Source: an uncultured bacterium (GTDB taxonomy: Bacteria > Babelota > Babeliae > Babelales > Babelaceae). From it: a stretch of 64,000 bases of DNA. The translations under genes and the position numbers were made by a program. The stretch lies in contig CAWFXL010000001.1 of NCBI GenBank assembly GCA_963819815.1, forward strand, positions 1,376,001-1,440,000, given 5' to 3'. Below are positions 48,099 to 58,138 of this stretch, piece after piece (position 1 is the first letter of the stretch; every line of letters begins with the position of its first letter). The notes under the pieces are model-generated. The model was not told the origin of the DNA. It made no database searches and saw only the letters and a list, made by a program, of their open reading frames with translations.

Positions 48099-49996
48099 CT
48101 GGGGCGCTTAGGAACTAAAATTGTCATTGCTTGAGGATCATTTTGGTCGCATGGTGCGCCCGTAATGCCATTAATATGTATTTCTTCAAGATGGGAATCG
48201 TAAGTAAAAGATTCGTTAGGTTGGTCAATAGCTTGATTAAATGATCTCCAGAGAGGAAATGCCGTCCGTGATCCAAACGCATATTTACCCAGTGAGCGAT
48301 TATCATCAAATCCGATATATACAGCAGTTGTGTACCGAGGTGTTGCTCCTACAAACCAGCAGGTTCGGGCATCGTTAGTTGTTCCGCTTTTTCCAAGCGC
48401 ATCGCAGAGAGGAAAGAGTTCTGGAGTTTGTTGACGTGCACGTTCAATGCGACAGGTTAGTACTTTTGCTATCTGATCATTCAGTACTGGAGGAAGGACC
48501 TGCCTTTTTGTTGGAGTTGTTTTATAGAGCTTGGTTCCCCATTCATCCTTTACCCACAGAAGCGAGAAGGGCTTTAAATACGTGCCTTTTTGGGCAAAGA
48601 TGTTCATCATAGCAGCAGTTTCAAGAGGGCTTGCTTCAAGGCATCCCAGAGCCAAAGAAGGAAATGCATGTGTCGGCATGAGCTCACATGCTTTAGCAAG
48701 GTTGACGATCTCTTCTGGGCCGGAGCTTAAAAAAGTTTTGATAGCGATGATATTGTTGGAGCTTGATAAGGCTGATGCAAGGGTCAACTGGCCTTTAAAC
48801 TTACGACTTGCATTTGCAGGAGACCATTCTTGCGAACCCTGGGTTAAGGTAAAGGGTTCATCGATGTCGACATCGCTAAAGGACTTTCCGACCTTGAGTG
48901 CTTGTGCATAGACAAGTGGCTTGAAGGTAGACCCGATTTGGCGGCGCGCATTAAAAGCTCGATTGAATTGGGAAGAAGAAAAGTTACAGCCACCAACCAG
49001 CGCCTTAATAGCTCCCGTTGATCCTTCGATGCAGACAAGGGCTCCCTCAAGCTGAGGAGAATGTTTAGCATGGAGATTTTTAAAATGTTCTTTAAAAACA
49101 CGTTCAGCAGTTCTTTGCATAGCACTATTTAACGTCGTTTGGATTCTGAGCCCACCTGTATAGAGTTGCTTTTTACCAAACGATTCTTCAAGATAGAGGC
49201 GCAATGACTCTTTAAGATGTGAGCCGAGTATTCCCTGTTGGGCTGCAATACAGGTAACGGGCTTGGCGCGCGCTTCTTCATAGTCCTTTTGAGAGATATA
49301 TCCAAGCGAAGCCATATTTTTTAGAATAAGGTTGCGCCGATGGATCGTTGATTCAGGGTGATAAAGAGGACAGTATTTGCGAGGATAGCGAACTATGGAG
49401 GCAAGGACCGCGGCTTCGTCGAGGGTACATGACGTGACCGGTTTCCCCCAGAAGCGCTGACATGCTGCTTCTACTCCATAGATTCCGGCGCCAAGATAAA
49501 TGTGGTTTAGATATGTTTCAAGAATCTGTTCTTTGGTAAATTGCTTCTCTACGACTAATGCAAGAATCTGCTCCTTAATTTTTCTCAGGTAGCTTTTTCT
49601 ATTCTCAAAGAACAGCAGACGTACCAGCTGCTGGGTAATCGTACTGGCTCCTTGTGCTTTTCTTAAATTGACCAAATTGACCAAGGTAGAACGTATGATG
49701 CCCTTATAGGAGAGGCCTCCATGTGAGAAAAACTGCCAGTCTTCAGCTGCAACGAAAGCATGGATAACACAGGGCGGTATCTGGCTGAGCTTTCTTACCT
49801 GTCGTTTATCAAGTTCGTAGCGTCCCCATTCATTCCCCTGATCATCAAGAAGAATAGAAGGCTTTCCCGGATTATAGTGTTCAAGTACCGAAAAGTCTAC
49901 CCAAGGGTGTTCTGAAGCATAGAAAACAATTCCAAGACCGGCACTTATTACAAGAGTTGTTCCAAGAAAGAGGATAAACAGTAGGCGAGAGATCAT
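48095..49996 (-). CDS. Class A penicillin-binding protein (PBP1A family)
   Basis: AAED, GASTITQQ and RKIKE (transglycosylase); STFK, SNN and KSG (transpeptidase). Confidence 0.92.
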   Translation of the reverse strand: MISRLLFILFLGTTLVISAGLGIVFYASEHPWVDFSVLEHYNPGKPSILLDDQGNEWGRYELDKRQVRKLSQIPPCVIHAFVAAEDWQFFSHGGLSYKGIIRSTLVNLVNLRKAQGASTITQQLVRLLFFENRKSYLRKIKEQILALVVEKQFTKEQILETYLNHIYLGAGIYGVEAACQRFWGKPVTSCTLDEAAVLASIVRYPRKYCPLYHPESTIHRRNLILKNMASLGYISQKDYEEARAKPVTCIAAQQGILGSHLKESLRLYLEESFGKKQLYTGGLRIQTTLNSAMQRTAERVFKEHFKNLHAKHSPQLEGALVCIEGSTGAIKALVGGCNFSSSQFNRAFNARRQIGSTFKPLVYAQALKVGKSFSDVDIDEPFTLTQGSQEWSPANASRKFKGQLTLASALSSSNNIIAIKTFLSSGPEEIVNLAKACELMPTHAFPSLALGCLEASPLETAAMMNIFAQKGTYLKPFSLLWVKDEWGTKLYKTTPTKRQVLPPVLNDQIAKVLTCRIERARQQTPELFPLCDALGKSGTTNDARTCWFVGATPRYTTAVYIGFDDNRSLGKYAFGSRTAFPLWRSFNQAIDQPNESFTYDSHLEEIHINGITGAPCDQNDPQAMTILVPKRPS

Positions 49997-50076
49997 ATAT
50001 TTTTTTATCTCATTGGAGTAGTATATTCCTAGCTCAGTATAGCAAAATTGCATACTTTTTCTACTTGGGGACATTC

Positions 50077-50517
50077 ATGATCTACCGTGTGTTAGTACTG
50101 ATTTTTTTTGGGGGTTTCATCGACCTTACACTGTGGGGACTCTTGCAGAGCCCCTTTCCCTATTGTTCCCGGGCGGTTCTCTATACCCTTATTGGTACCC
50201 AGGCTCCACTAGAAATACTCATGATTGCCCTTGTCCCGGCTCTCTGCCCCTTCTTCTTTTTGGCCGATAGTATGGGAACTGATCTGTGCATAATTGTATG
50301 TTTGGGAAGCTTCTTGCATTATGTACACTCTATCGCCTATATCCCCTTGTGGGGACTCATGGGAACTGTCTTTTGTACGGTCATGGTGCATAGTTTTCTG
50401 CTTGAAGGGCTGATGGCACAAGTACCTCTTTTGACCATGCCCATTTTTGCTTTGATTGGTTCGATAAGTGTGGTATACTTACACGTAGGTAGTCAAGGCA
50501 ATCGCTCACGTTTGTGA
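50077..50517 (+). CDS. Hypothetical polytopic membrane protein (MreD-like size and topology, unconfirmed)
   Basis: About 5 hydrophobic segments; 3' end overlaps the start of rnpB. Confidence 0.45.
   Translation: MIYRVLVLIFFGGFIDLTLWGLLQSPFPYCSRAVLYTLIGTQAPLEILMIALVPALCPFFFLADSMGTDLCIIVCLGSFLHYVHSIAYIPLWGLMGTVFCTVMVHSFLLEGLMAQVPLLTMPIFALIGSISVVYLHVGSQGNRSRL
50452..50479 (+). promoter_or_regulatory. rnpB promoter
   Basis: TTGATT-N16-(TGG)TATACT just upstream of the RNase P P1 helix. Confidence 0.6.
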
Positions 50518-50814
50518 GAGGAAAGTCCGGACTCCAAACGAATAAGGTACCTTAGGCAACTAAGGGAGGCGTAAGCCTATGGATAAGTGCCACAGAAAAT
50601 AACCGCCGATATCTGATATCGGTAAGGGTGAAAACGGGTGGTAAGAGCACCCGATGCAGTCTAGCAATAGCCTGCAGGGGTAAACCCTACCTGGAGCAAG
50701 ACAAAATAGGCATGTTCGGTGATTCGTTCCGATTTAAACATGCGGGTATGTCGCAAAGATAAATGGTTGCCAATCGTTATATGCGATACAGAATCCGGCT
50801 TATTGACTACCTAC
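50485..50814 (+). ncRNA. rnpB: RNase P RNA (bacterial type A)
   Basis: GAGGAAAGTCCGGACTCC, AGTGCCACAGAAA, GGGTGAAA, GGTAAACCC, GAGCAAG and ACAGAATCCGGCTTAT; P1 GTAGGTAGTCAA/TTGACTACCTAC. Confidence 0.97.
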
Positions 50815-50815
50815 T

Positions 50816-51511
50816 ATGACTACAAAACTTCGTGATATATTCTTTTCCTTACTTTGGCTGATGCCCTTTCTTTCATTTTTGGGGGGCTACCAGCTCATAC
50901 GAGTACTGACCCATATAGAAACGGTCAGAGTCCCTTCGTTGATTGGCCTTCATATGAATGAGGCTATAAAGATATTGTCCGCTGATCTTTTGAATGTGCG
51001 AATCCTTGCCGAAAAAGAGGATTCTGAGCTCGACGAAGGAACTATTCTAAGCCAAAACCCCGAGGCTGGACAACTTGTTAAAACCCATCAATCTATTTTC
51101 CTAGTGGTTACGAAAAAACCACCAAAAGTTTGTGCTCCTCAATTAAGAGGGTTGACCTGTGAGCAAGCACAAGCCAAGGCTACTCAGGCTGGTATTACTC
51201 TTACCAGCACATCGCTTGAAAGCACATTCCCAAAAGATCGAGTTATTGGTCAGAGTGTCCTTCCCCAACAAGAGGTTCGGCATAAGTCTTTTATGATTTA
51301 TTGCTCAGAAGGATCTACACCCTTACGGATTTTTCCTGATTTGAAAGGTAGGACGGTCGATGAGGTTTCGGCTTTTTTTGCCGTATACTCTGGTACGGTC
51401 CATGTTCAAGGTAATCGAACTGATAGTATCAAGGAACAACAACCACGAGCAGGTACGCTGGTCGACATTCGTAAGCCGTTGACGGTGCATGTCATTTGCT
51501 CACCTGGTTAA
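50816..51511 (+). CDS. PASTA domain membrane protein
   Basis: N-terminal TM; repeats VPSLIG/APQLRG/FPDLKG with SQNP/QQP. Confidence 0.85.
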   Translation: MTTKLRDIFFSLLWLMPFLSFLGGYQLIRVLTHIETVRVPSLIGLHMNEAIKILSADLLNVRILAEKEDSELDEGTILSQNPEAGQLVKTHQSIFLVVTKKPPKVCAPQLRGLTCEQAQAKATQAGITLTSTSLESTFPKDRVIGQSVLPQQEVRHKSFMIYCSEGSTPLRIFPDLKGRTVDEVSAFFAVYSGTVHVQGNRTDSIKEQQPRAGTLVDIRKPLTVHVICSPG

Positions 51512-51573
51512 CCCATCAAATCCTTGAAGTCTTGGTATTCCTTTTTCTATACTAAAAGAAGGAGGGACATAGT

Positions 51574-51927
51574 ATGAAATTTTCTTATCTACTTACACTT
51601 GGGCTATGCCTTACTATGGGCGGCTCAATGAGAGCACAAAATCAGAATGATGCGATAGTAACGTATGCTAAAGTAAGCTTAGGTGCTGCCGTGGCGGTTG
51701 GCTTTGGGTATGCCTTATGGAGGTTATATAAAGATATGACTCACGACTATAAGCGGTATGTACAGACGGAGAACTTTATAGAAGATAATCAAGGACGTTT
51801 AACAAGCGATACCTTTACAGTTATTGGATTAGGATATTTGACTTACCTAAGTGGATTATATACTCTGGAGGCTATGAAAGATCTCGTCGAAGATGAAAAA
51901 CAGGATGAGAAAAAACAACAAGCCTAA
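51574..51927 (+). CDS. Hypothetical membrane protein
   Basis: GGAGG RBS, signal peptide and two hydrophobic helices. Confidence 0.6.
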   Translation: MKFSYLLTLGLCLTMGGSMRAQNQNDAIVTYAKVSLGAAVAVGFGYALWRLYKDMTHDYKRYVQTENFIEDNQGRLTSDTFTVIGLGYLTYLSGLYTLEAMKDLVEDEKQDEKKQQA

Positions 51928-51936
51928 GGAGTTTCT

Positions 51937-52287
51937 ATGAAACGTGTTTTAATGGTGTTTGTATTTGTTACCGGTTCTCTTCATGCTCAGGACTTGTCTG
52001 ATACATGGACACAGTTGAGCCAATATCGTGTAGTCTCTGGAGTAAAAGCTGGAGTAACGGGAATTGGTGCAGTACATATGTTGATTGGTAGCTATGTGGC
52101 CGCCCGCTCGACTGCAGATGTGCTTAGGGCTGGCAAATCATTCTTTGCATACAATAAGGATGCCTGGAATAATTGGAATGAACTTATCGGTGGCTGTGCA
52201 GCAACGTTTGGACTACTCTATGCAGGCTCTAAACTTGGTTGGGAATACTTCCCAGGGTATGTAAGACACGCATTGGCTATTAAGTAA
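51937..52287 (+). CDS. Hypothetical membrane protein
   Basis: AAGGAG RBS, signal peptide and hydrophobic Gly-rich helices. Confidence 0.6.
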   Translation: MKRVLMVFVFVTGSLHAQDLSDTWTQLSQYRVVSGVKAGVTGIGAVHMLIGSYVAARSTADVLRAGKSFFAYNKDAWNNWNELIGGCAATFGLLYAGSKLGWEYFPGYVRHALAIK

Positions 52288-52324
52288 TAGTAACAAAACA
52301 TGGTATGAGCTCTTGAAAGAGGGC

Positions 52325-53284
52325 TCATATTTTTTTGCAGGCAGTAAAAATGGATGCTACGTCTGCTTGGTTGTATACGATCTCATAGACCGCTTCAAAT
52401 ACCGGTATCTTAATAAGTTTTATAATTGAGGGAATCGCCTGTAAACTGTTTATCCCTTCGGTATATGGAAGCTTGTGAGGAGCGATTTCTTTTTTGCCAA
52501 GAGCTCGTCCTGTTTCCCTATTTCTGCTTTGGGAGCTATAGGAGGTGAGCATGATATCTCCAATGCCTGCAAAGGAAAGAACAGTCTGAGGATCACCTCC
52601 ATACACCATGATGACCTGCTTAAGCTCATGAATCATCTTTGTACACACAAGGGCTTGACTATTAGTGCCATAGCCTGCACCTTCTACGATACCTAAGGCA
52701 ACTGCTATAACATTCTTAAGAGCGCCACACCATTGGACTCCTACCTCATCAAGAGAAGTCTCAATGAGGAGAGCGTCATTTTGAAGGAGAACCTTAACCG
52801 CCTCAGCCAGCTCAAGATAGGTACTTGCAAGAGTAAGTGCTGTTGGTTGTTTAACGATTAACTCTTGTGCAAAACTTGGCCCAGAAAGCACAACGATAGA
52901 AAGCTCGTTTCCAAGGATATCCTTGATGATTTCAGTTGGCAGAAGTACTTTCGGTGCTTCGATACCTTTGCTGGTTACTACCCACGCAGTAGTGGGATCT
53001 ACGAAGGGCTTACATTGAGTAAGCACTGAACGAAGGTAGGTTACCGGAATCGCTTCAATGACCAACGAGTTTGGTGCCATAAGAGCTTCTTCTAGTGAGG
53101 TTGTAGGAGCAATGGTTGGATAGAGTTTTACTCCAGGCATATATACAGCATTATAACCGGTTTGCTCAATTGAGTGGGCAACTTCAGGGTTGTAGCACCA
53201 CAGTAGGATATGATGTCCGTTGCTTGCTAACGTTTGTGCAAGAGCTGTTCCAAAAGTGCCATCGCCAAGTACGGTGATCTGCAT
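52325..53284 (-). CDS. gpsA: NAD(P)H-dependent glycerol-3-phosphate dehydrogenase
   Basis: GDGTFGTALA, SKGIE, LSGPSFA, GALKNVIA, GIGD and SRNR motifs. Confidence 0.95.
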   Translation of the reverse strand: MQITVLGDGTFGTALAQTLASNGHHILLWCYNPEVAHSIEQTGYNAVYMPGVKLYPTIAPTTSLEEALMAPNSLVIEAIPVTYLRSVLTQCKPFVDPTTAWVVTSKGIEAPKVLLPTEIIKDILGNELSIVVLSGPSFAQELIVKQPTALTLASTYLELAEAVKVLLQNDALLIETSLDEVGVQWCGALKNVIAVALGIVEGAGYGTNSQALVCTKMIHELKQVIMVYGGDPQTVLSFAGIGDIMLTSYSSQSRNRETGRALGKKEIAPHKLPYTEGINSLQAIPSIIKLIKIPVFEAVYEIVYNQADVASIFTACKKI

Positions 53285-53289
53285 GAGTG

Positions 53290-54075
53290 TTATTTACCAA
53301 AATTTCGGCTACGTAAATTATACGTTTCTACGGCATGCTCGAGATCTTGTATGGTTAAATCAGGCCAGAGCCTATCAGTAAAATAGAGCTCACTATAGGT
53401 AGTTTGGTACGTTAGAAATCCGCTTAACCGTTGTACTCCGCCAGTTCGAATAATAAGATCGGGGTCGGGAAGTGAGCTTGTCCAGAGGTATGTTTTGAAG
53501 ATTTCTTCGGTAGGAGCTTCGGAGAGTTTGCCCTGTTTTACGTCCTCGACTATATGCTCAATCGCATGCAAAATTTCTTGGCGACCACCATAACAAAAAA
53601 GGACATTTAAAAGAAGTTTCGAACAGTGGCTTGTACTTGATTCAATACGCGCGATGGAGTCTTGAACATGTGCGGGGGCGGTCTTTGTAGCACCGATAAA
53701 GCGCACTCGTATACCCTGCTCAATAAAGCTTGGAAGGGAAGTTTCTGTATGGTCGATGATAATGTCGAAGATGGCCTGTACCTCCTCAGGCGATCGGTTA
53801 TAGTTCTCAAGGGAAAACGCGTAGACCGATACGATTTCAATGTTTCGCGATAAGCAGAACTTCACGAGTGTCTTTACCGTTTCAGCCCCTTGTTTATGTC
53901 CAACTGAGCTCATAAGTTTTCTCTGCTTTGCCCAACGTCTATTACCATCCATAATAATAGCAAGATGCTTAATAGGATGGGAATTTACAGCATGTACCGT
54001 ATGCATAGCTGCATAAATCCTTATGAAAACGGGTATGAGTAATAATGCTATAAAAAAGCTTATCGGTTTTGACAT
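53290..54075 (-). CDS. uppS: Undecaprenyl diphosphate synthase
   Basis: HLAIIMDGNRRWA, YAFSLEN, YGGRQEI, PDLIIRTGG and RNFG motifs. Confidence 0.95.
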   Translation of the reverse strand: MSKPISFFIALLLIPVFIRIYAAMHTVHAVNSHPIKHLAIIMDGNRRWAKQRKLMSSVGHKQGAETVKTLVKFCLSRNIEIVSVYAFSLENYNRSPEEVQAIFDIIIDHTETSLPSFIEQGIRVRFIGATKTAPAHVQDSIARIESSTSHCSKLLLNVLFCYGGRQEILHAIEHIVEDVKQGKLSEAPTEEIFKTYLWTSSLPDPDLIIRTGGVQRLSGFLTYQTTYSELYFTDRLWPDLTIQDLEHAVETYNLRSRNFGK

Positions 54076-54698
54076 GGGTTACTTTCGAATCCAAGCCGGT
54101 TTATGAGATGTATCATTCTAGTAACCGCGTAATAACAGGCGGTGAGGATCAAAGCAGAGGTCAAACGTTCGAGCCATACCTGAGGAAAGAGTGTTTCCCA
54201 AAATAGAGCAGTAGTTTCGTGTGTATAGATAAAAATAGTTGAGCCTACAGCGTGCGTTATAAAAGTGCTCATGAGGCTTCGTAAGAAAATAGAGGGAGCA
54301 GGCAAGAAGCTGATGCCAATCGGTATGAGCCAATAGATTGTATATATAAAGCTTTCTGCGCCCATAGGATGGGCAATGAAAGTGCCGATGCAGAGGGCTG
54401 CGATGAGGGGGGATGCATAGCGTGATCCTGAAGAAAGTACGAGACTACCTGCAAACGTCGGCAAATGTACCAGAAAGCTTCCTCCATAGGTCCCTAGAGA
54501 AAAAGAGAGAGCAGTTCGCGCACAATACACAAAGGCACAGGATGAAACTCCACAAAAGAAGCCAATAAGGGGAGCGCAGACGGTTCCTACGCCATATAAT
54601 CGTGCTGTGCCCAAGATAGGTAGGAGAGAGATTTTCGAAAGCAGTTTCAGAACAAGGGCATAAGCAAGAAGCAAAATCTGTTTATAAGCTGGCCACAT
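54060..54698 (-). CDS. Hypothetical polytopic membrane protein
   Basis: About 6 TM helices; overlaps the uppS start. Confidence 0.6.
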   Translation of the reverse strand: MWPAYKQILLLAYALVLKLLSKISLLPILGTARLYGVGTVCAPLIGFFCGVSSCAFVYCARTALSFSLGTYGGSFLVHLPTFAGSLVLSSGSRYASPLIAALCIGTFIAHPMGAESFIYTIYWLIPIGISFLPAPSIFLRSLMSTFITHAVGSTIFIYTHETTALFWETLFPQVWLERLTSALILTACYYAVTRMIHLINRLGFESNPCQNR

Positions 54699-54847
54699 AG
54701 GTATCTCGCGTCTTTAGAAAGAGCAGTATCTTGTCGGGGAGCTTTTTCGCAACCCGCTGTATAAGTATACCATTTTTTCAAAGAAGGGAGAAACTTTTAG
54801 AAAGTGCTAGGGAGGGGCTGAGGCATGGGTTTTGGGGTGGGGACTAT

Positions 54848-54881
54848 AAAAAAAGGGAGTAGGAATGTGTTCCTACTCCCT
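54848..54881 (-). terminator. Intrinsic terminator
   Basis: AGGGAGTAGGAA-TGTG-TTCCTACTCCCT with an A run on the left (U tail on the - strand). Confidence 0.75.
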
Positions 54882-54904
54882 GAATTCTTAACTCTACCAA
54901 GTGG

Positions 54905-57007
54905 TTATTTCGCCATTTCCACTTTATTAGCAAGCTGGGTGTTTGCTTTGGTGTTGCTAATATTGGTATTGGCCCGAGCATTGATTTTTATAGCTTTGCT
55001 AGCGACTATACCATAACCATTAAATTTAAGAATATTTCCCTTCAGTAGTGCTGGCTCGAGAAGGCTCAACCCGATTGTATTTGGAAGAGGCTGCTGCGAA
55101 GGCGGCGTTGCTATTCCAAAATAGTTTGAGTCGAAATTGACGTTCTTCTGAGCACTCGTGGTAGCCACATTTTGAGCTCCGTGTTGCCAGCCCATTTTCT
55201 GATTTCCTGAGATCGTGTTACCGGTTACCGTGAGAGCAAGGATATTGCGAGTTACGGCCCCATTGGTATTCGGGATAGCTTTTGTACCAGTTCCATTGGT
55301 GCCGATGAAAGAGTTTTGCACCGTAACGGAATTCAGCAGAGGCACTGAAGAGGCAGATACGTCGCTTAGTTTGGTACCAAGAACTAGTCCTGTTGAAAGT
55401 CCCGAAAATACTGATCCGGTGATTACGAGGTTCCCCTGAGGAGTCTTCTCGAGGCTATTTAATGCTGAGAGACCGATACCCCCACCTAAACCGGCAGTTT
55501 TTGCGGAGTTAGTACCTACAGAAACATTTGTAAAATCTGCATTATTAAAACTCGTAAGGTTTAGAACCACGCGTTTTGAACCTGCAGCTGCGAATGTATC
55601 AAAAGAAAGGTCAGATACTTTTGCGGCATCTGCAGAGACAACAACTGGAATTATTGCTTGGATCCCAGTGGAGGCGATCGCATTAAGGAGCTCAGAGCCA
55701 CTTTTTTTGATACCGAATTGTCCATTAACTACTCGATTATACTTTCCGGTGAAAAGCAGAGCAGGAACATCCTTATCTAGTGACGTTACCCCTAACCCTC
55801 CAAGAATTACCCTTGATGCCGGGTTCGGTTTGCCCGTTGATTTTTGCGATGCAAACCTTCTGTCGCCAATTACGTTATGATTTCCTTCTACAGCAAGGGC
55901 GATAACAGTTGAATCTGAATTTTCGCCAGATGCATCAACCCCTACATAGCACCCCTCAATAACATGCTCATTGCCAAGGACGCGGATTGCTGCTGGATAT
56001 AATGCTTCTTTCTGGCCATCACGTGCTACAAAAGGAGATCCATGTACAATAAGCCCTCTAAGGCGTGAGGCAGTAGATCCTTTTGCAAATATAATCGTGT
56101 CTGGAGAAATCTCAGATTCGTTCATAGCATTTGCTGAGACTACCATAGGTTGAATTTCAATGTTGAGAAGAGCCTCATCCAGATTTTCAAAAGAAGCTTC
56201 TGGTGATCTAATTTCGCTGGTGAAATCAGTAGAGTTCTGATTTTCTTCTGCAAATTGACTCGCAGCTTTAAGTGCAAATTCTTCGGCGGCACGTTTAAAT
56301 TCAGCTTCAACTTTAAGAGCCTCTTCTAGTTTAAGAGCAGCTTCATCAGCTTCACGTTTTGCAGCTTCTAGTTCAAGAGCAGCTGCCTCGGCAGCATGTT
56401 GTTCAGCTTCAGCCTTAAGTGCAGCCTCTAGTTTAAAGGCAGCTTCTTCAGCTTCACGCTTTGCAGCTTCTAGTTCAAGAACAGCTTTCTCGGCAGCACG
56501 TTGTTCAGCCTCTAGTTTAAGGGCCGCTTCCTCAGCTTCAGCCTTAAGAGCAGCCTCGCGAGCAAGCTGAGTGGCTAATCTTTCTGCGCGGATTGTTTCA
56601 GGTGATTTACGTTGAATTTCAATTTTGAGAACTGAATTATCTGGATGCTCTAGGCCTTGGGTATTTTCAGAAGATCCTTTTTGGGAAAAACCATCAATGC
56701 AAGTATTTGAAGGGATTTCGAGTGGTTTTTCAAGCTGGATTGTCCAGGTGCCCGTTTCTGCATTATAGCCAGAATCAGTAGTACTTAAAATAAACTTAAT
56801 TTCGGTAGGAAGTTCTGATCGACCTGCTTTTTCGATTGCTCGCTGAAGTGAACCTGGTCCAAATGAATTGGTATTCGAGACCTCAAAAACAGCTGGGTCT
56901 ACTTGGTCTTCCCAGTGTATCTTTTTTTTACCGTCTACCGCAACCAGCGCAGATGCCAGGAGGCACAGGGCCAGGGCGCCTATAGTACGTTTTGTAATGA
57001 ATTTCAT
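54905..57007 (-). CDS. Secreted beta-helix-like surface protein with internal Ala/Glu coiled-coil repeat
   Basis: Signal peptide; 'VSNTNSFGPGSLQRAI', 'IDGFSQKGS', 'IEGCYVG', 'NSFIGTNGTG...PN'; EAALKLEA repeats. Confidence 0.65.
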   Translation of the reverse strand: MKFITKRTIGALALCLLASALVAVDGKKKIHWEDQVDPAVFEVSNTNSFGPGSLQRAIEKAGRSELPTEIKFILSTTDSGYNAETGTWTIQLEKPLEIPSNTCIDGFSQKGSSENTQGLEHPDNSVLKIEIQRKSPETIRAERLATQLAREAALKAEAEEAALKLEAEQRAAEKAVLELEAAKREAEEAAFKLEAALKAEAEQHAAEAAALELEAAKREADEAALKLEEALKVEAEFKRAAEEFALKAASQFAEENQNSTDFTSEIRSPEASFENLDEALLNIEIQPMVVSANAMNESEISPDTIIFAKGSTASRLRGLIVHGSPFVARDGQKEALYPAAIRVLGNEHVIEGCYVGVDASGENSDSTVIALAVEGNHNVIGDRRFASQKSTGKPNPASRVILGGLGVTSLDKDVPALLFTGKYNRVVNGQFGIKKSGSELLNAIASTGIQAIIPVVVSADAAKVSDLSFDTFAAAGSKRVVLNLTSFNNADFTNVSVGTNSAKTAGLGGGIGLSALNSLEKTPQGNLVITGSVFSGLSTGLVLGTKLSDVSASSVPLLNSVTVQNSFIGTNGTGTKAIPNTNGAVTRNILALTVTGNTISGNQKMGWQHGAQNVATTSAQKNVNFDSNYFGIATPPSQQPLPNTIGLSLLEPALLKGNILKFNGYGIVASKAIKINARANTNISNTKANTQLANKVEMAK

Positions 57008-57305
57008 AGAATCTCCTTTCTAATGAGGTGTATGTGTACTGCTTATTGCATCATAGTTTCGTGTTAATGGTACCATCTTTTCGGTTCTTAATTAACCTGT
57101 GTCGGATATATGCTGCTCCTTAAAGTTGCTTAGTACCTAGAGTGTACGATTTTTTTTTTGAACGCAATAGTTTGCTTACTTTTTTTCATAAAATGAATTC
57201 TGCCTTGGGCAGGTACGTTCGCCGTGTATAGTAATTGGTATGAACACTTGCATTGCCGCCGCATGGGTGTAAACTTGGTACAACATCCTATTATTGAGCT
57301 TCCCT

Positions 57306-57986
57306 ATGCTGCGACGAAGAAAAAAGAATACCTATTTAGCAGGTTTAGTACAGGTCGTTACCCCACAAACGACTATCATTGCCTTTGATCTGCATAATGT
57401 GGTGTTTAAAAAACAGACTCGTAAAATTGTGATGCAAGGGATTAGGTTGCTTCCTCAGGGAACCTGGCGCTATACCTTTAGTCCGAGATTATGGTATCGC
57501 TTCTATAAAATAAGATCCCAGTCTGATGTAGCTGAGGATATTTTTCAAAAGATGTCTCTTGAGTATCCTGGCCTTGCGCGATTTAGGGGAGACTTTATTC
57601 GTCTCACCAATGCTCAAAGACCGATACCGGCTGTTATGAATATGATCAAGGGATTGAAAGAGAGAGGTTTTAGCCTCTATATTCTCTCAAATATTGGCCA
57701 AGATACGTTCCAAGAGCTTTCTGAAGTGTTTCCTGAACTGCAGGAATATTTTAACGGTGCTTATACGGCAACGGCTGAAAATAACTATGTTCATAAGCCT
57801 CATCCTGAATTCTATGAGGGATTCAAACAGTTTGTGAACAATGACGGGCATGAGGGAAAGCAAATAGTATTTATCGATGATTTGAAAAAGAATCTTTCAG
57901 CAGCAGCTCGTTGCAATATTGCGGGAATTCATTTTACCTCCCCAAAAAAGCTCCAGCGAATCTTGCAAAACCTCGATATGCTGTAA
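57306..57986 (+). CDS. HAD family phosphatase
   Basis: IAFDLHNV, ILSN, KPHP and FIDD motifs. Confidence 0.8.
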   Translation: MLRRRKKNTYLAGLVQVVTPQTTIIAFDLHNVVFKKQTRKIVMQGIRLLPQGTWRYTFSPRLWYRFYKIRSQSDVAEDIFQKMSLEYPGLARFRGDFIRLTNAQRPIPAVMNMIKGLKERGFSLYILSNIGQDTFQELSEVFPELQEYFNGAYTATAENNYVHKPHPEFYEGFKQFVNNDGHEGKQIVFIDDLKKNLSAAARCNIAGIHFTSPKKLQRILQNLDML

Positions 57987-58138
57987 TTGGTAGGGAGAGG
58001 ATCCGTTATGAGAAAGCCGCTCTCATTTTGATTTACACAGAAAAACTTGCTATACTTTAAAAGTCGAAATCTTGATAACCTCCATTTTCTCCTGTCCTTG
58101 ACGTACCTTGTCAGGATGAGAGTGTTTTTAGAGCTGAT

